64,000 bases of DNA, taken from the human T2T-CHM13v2.0 reference genome, Homo sapiens. The position numbers and the translations under genes are program-made. The stretch lies in NCBI RefSeq assembly GCF_009914755.1, contig NC_060927.1. One strand, given 5' to 3'. Below the pieces are notes generated by a model. That model saw only the letters and a list, made by a program, of their open reading frames with translations. It searched no databases and was not told the DNA's origin. Positions 61,945 to 64,000 of this stretch are shown here, in pieces. Each line of letters starts with the position of its first letter. The first letter of the stretch is position 1.

Positions 61945-64000
61945 CTAGGCAAAAGGGTTGCAGGTTTGAAGCAAAATATATTAGGAGTAAAACAAAAGGA
62001 GTCAAATATCCTAGGGAAAGACCTCGGTCTTAGTTATGAAGTTAATTTTTTTAAAAAGTGCTATTTCCTTCCAGTTATGCTTGTTATTTGATGATATTCA
62101 TGATACTCATTGTATGAGAATACCTTTTAGAAATGTCTAGATTTTATTTTACAAATGTTTTGAGATATTTTTCCATTTGTGTAAACTAGTGCGATGATTC
62201 ACTGAACTTCAGGAATCATCACATGCTCTTTTATTCTTTGACACTGGATACCCTGACTTGAATATATCACGATCATCAAATGTTTTTCTTGTAAAGGGTA
62301 TTTATATTTCTGAAACTTCACACCTTGAAAGTGAGCCAGTTAGAAATTTCTGTGGAGCCAACCAAATGAGTTTTTTCTTATTAGCAAATTGCATACTGTA
62401 ATAGTCACAAAAACTTTGTATTAATAGACTCAAGGCTACTTTTAACTTTGGATTGATACCTTTAGTACTGGTACATTTTAGAGATCAAGTCATGTTTAAT
62501 AAGAATATCAACAAAGTGCTGTTGAATCTATGTCAAGGCTATTTTAATGGGTGAAAGTTGAGGTTCAGGGACTTTATTACCTCTTTGTTATCTGGTATTG
62601 TTTAATACACAGATTGATTAATTCATAAGGCAGAAATAATGTAAAGAGTGGTTATGTGTTCTAAATGACAGTAGACCTGTACCATGGTTTGAGGTCTTTG
62701 TATTTCATCTTCTCAGAGGAAATGGTAGCAAGCAAAGAGAAAGCGGCCATTTTCTATTGCGATCACGGTAGCAAATGACTGAGATTTTTGCAAAATGAAT
62801 TTGAAAGCCAAGTTAAGAAAATATTAAACTGTACTAATTTCCAACAACTACAGATTGGCACATTTTTAGAACTGTCTGGTAAATTCAAATGAGAGAGGTA
62901 AATTATGATTTTAAATGAAGTACATGTGGTGCTTGGAGATGACTTTTTTAAACATGCACGTTCCCCACTAATTAGCTCCCAGGAGGTGAATGAGACTTTT
63001 TGTTGTTTTTCTTCTAGGTTCAGCTTTAAACAAAGTGAACTAACAAAGTTTGTCACCTATTGGCATTCAGTTAAAGTATTATTTAAAATCCTCCTCCCAC
63101 TCCCACCACCACAAAAAGAGACTATGTCACATAAGAGATAAACTAGCTTTGGTTTACAAAATATACTGTAAAAATACTGTGTGTATTACATTATCTCCTC
63201 CTTATGGCTTTTAGAATCATAAAGTTAAATAACATATTTTCTTTAAAAAAATCTGGCATGAACATTGAAAATACTTTAAATGGAGAGTAAGTCCAAGTGG
63301 CACAGTGTTTTGGAAAATAAGCTCTGAGAGTCAGAGGAAGCGGCATTATAAAGGCTGAAGAGACTATTTAACACATTGAGGATAAAATCTCAGCTGGCTG
63401 TATGAGAACAATGTCCCTCATCAAGTCCTTATCCAAATTCTGTACTGTGCAAGCCAGTTTGGCTAAGTCTCTGTCGTCAGGTTAATTAGTGACGCTGAGA
63501 AAAATAAAGGACTATTGGAGAAATTATTTATCTTCTACAGTGTGTGTATGAAAGACCAGATTTGGCTTTACAATTCTTGGCACAAAATGATAATGCTCTG
63601 TACATTCCCCCACTCTTTCTTCTCTATCATTTTATTTTTCTTGATGCACAGTATGTGTTTTTAAGTTTTCTTCACCTCCATAAAAATAAACCTCAAGTCC
63701 TACTGGGATGAATTAAGTCGTTTTTTCTTTTTCTAATTTTAATGAGTACACATTTTAATGTACCCACTTAAAGGGATTGGGATGCGTATTGATAAAAATC
63801 ACTGTAGTAACATTGGTCTGTTAATTAACAAATTCAACACAAATTTATTAAGGTCCAACTACATGCTATGGATTTTTCAACGTTTTGGAAATAAGAGTGA
63901 ATAAAGTACAGTTTCTGCCTCTTGTGGGTACAATAAAGCAGGGCAAGACCTTCAAATAGATAACGACCATGCAATGGAGAAGGGCCACAATGATAGCCAA

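Noticed and set aside
62763-63056. 97-aa minus-strand ORF or possible further exon
   Set aside because: Only weak splice signals and no recognisable protein similarity.

Overview
This is primate (human-like) genomic DNA with no intact protein-coding gene and no RNA gene that I can support. Much of the window is interspersed repeat. It holds a full-length L1PA7-like element inserted into a MIR with a 15-bp target-site duplication (TSD), and a near full-length older L1PA16/L1PB-like element carrying an LTR14 solo LTR. It also holds several truncated or nested L1s, about 8 Alus, MaLR/ERV solo LTRs, MIR/L2 and DNA-transposon fossils. The main unexplained signal is a chain of about 15 exon-like segments on the minus strand in the unique DNA between about 9.4 and 62 kb, bounded by splice signals and carrying in-frame stops. 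This may be a decayed multi-exon gene (unitary pseudogene) or a spliced lncRNA derived from one; I cannot name it and the stop density is close to random. Also notable are a ~1.2-kb inversion flanked by a 91-bp near-perfect inverted duplication, a tailless templated L1 insertion with a 38-bp duplication, a 70-nt near-perfect hairpin and an old tandem duplication. Repeat subfamily names come from recalled consensus motifs, not from a search.
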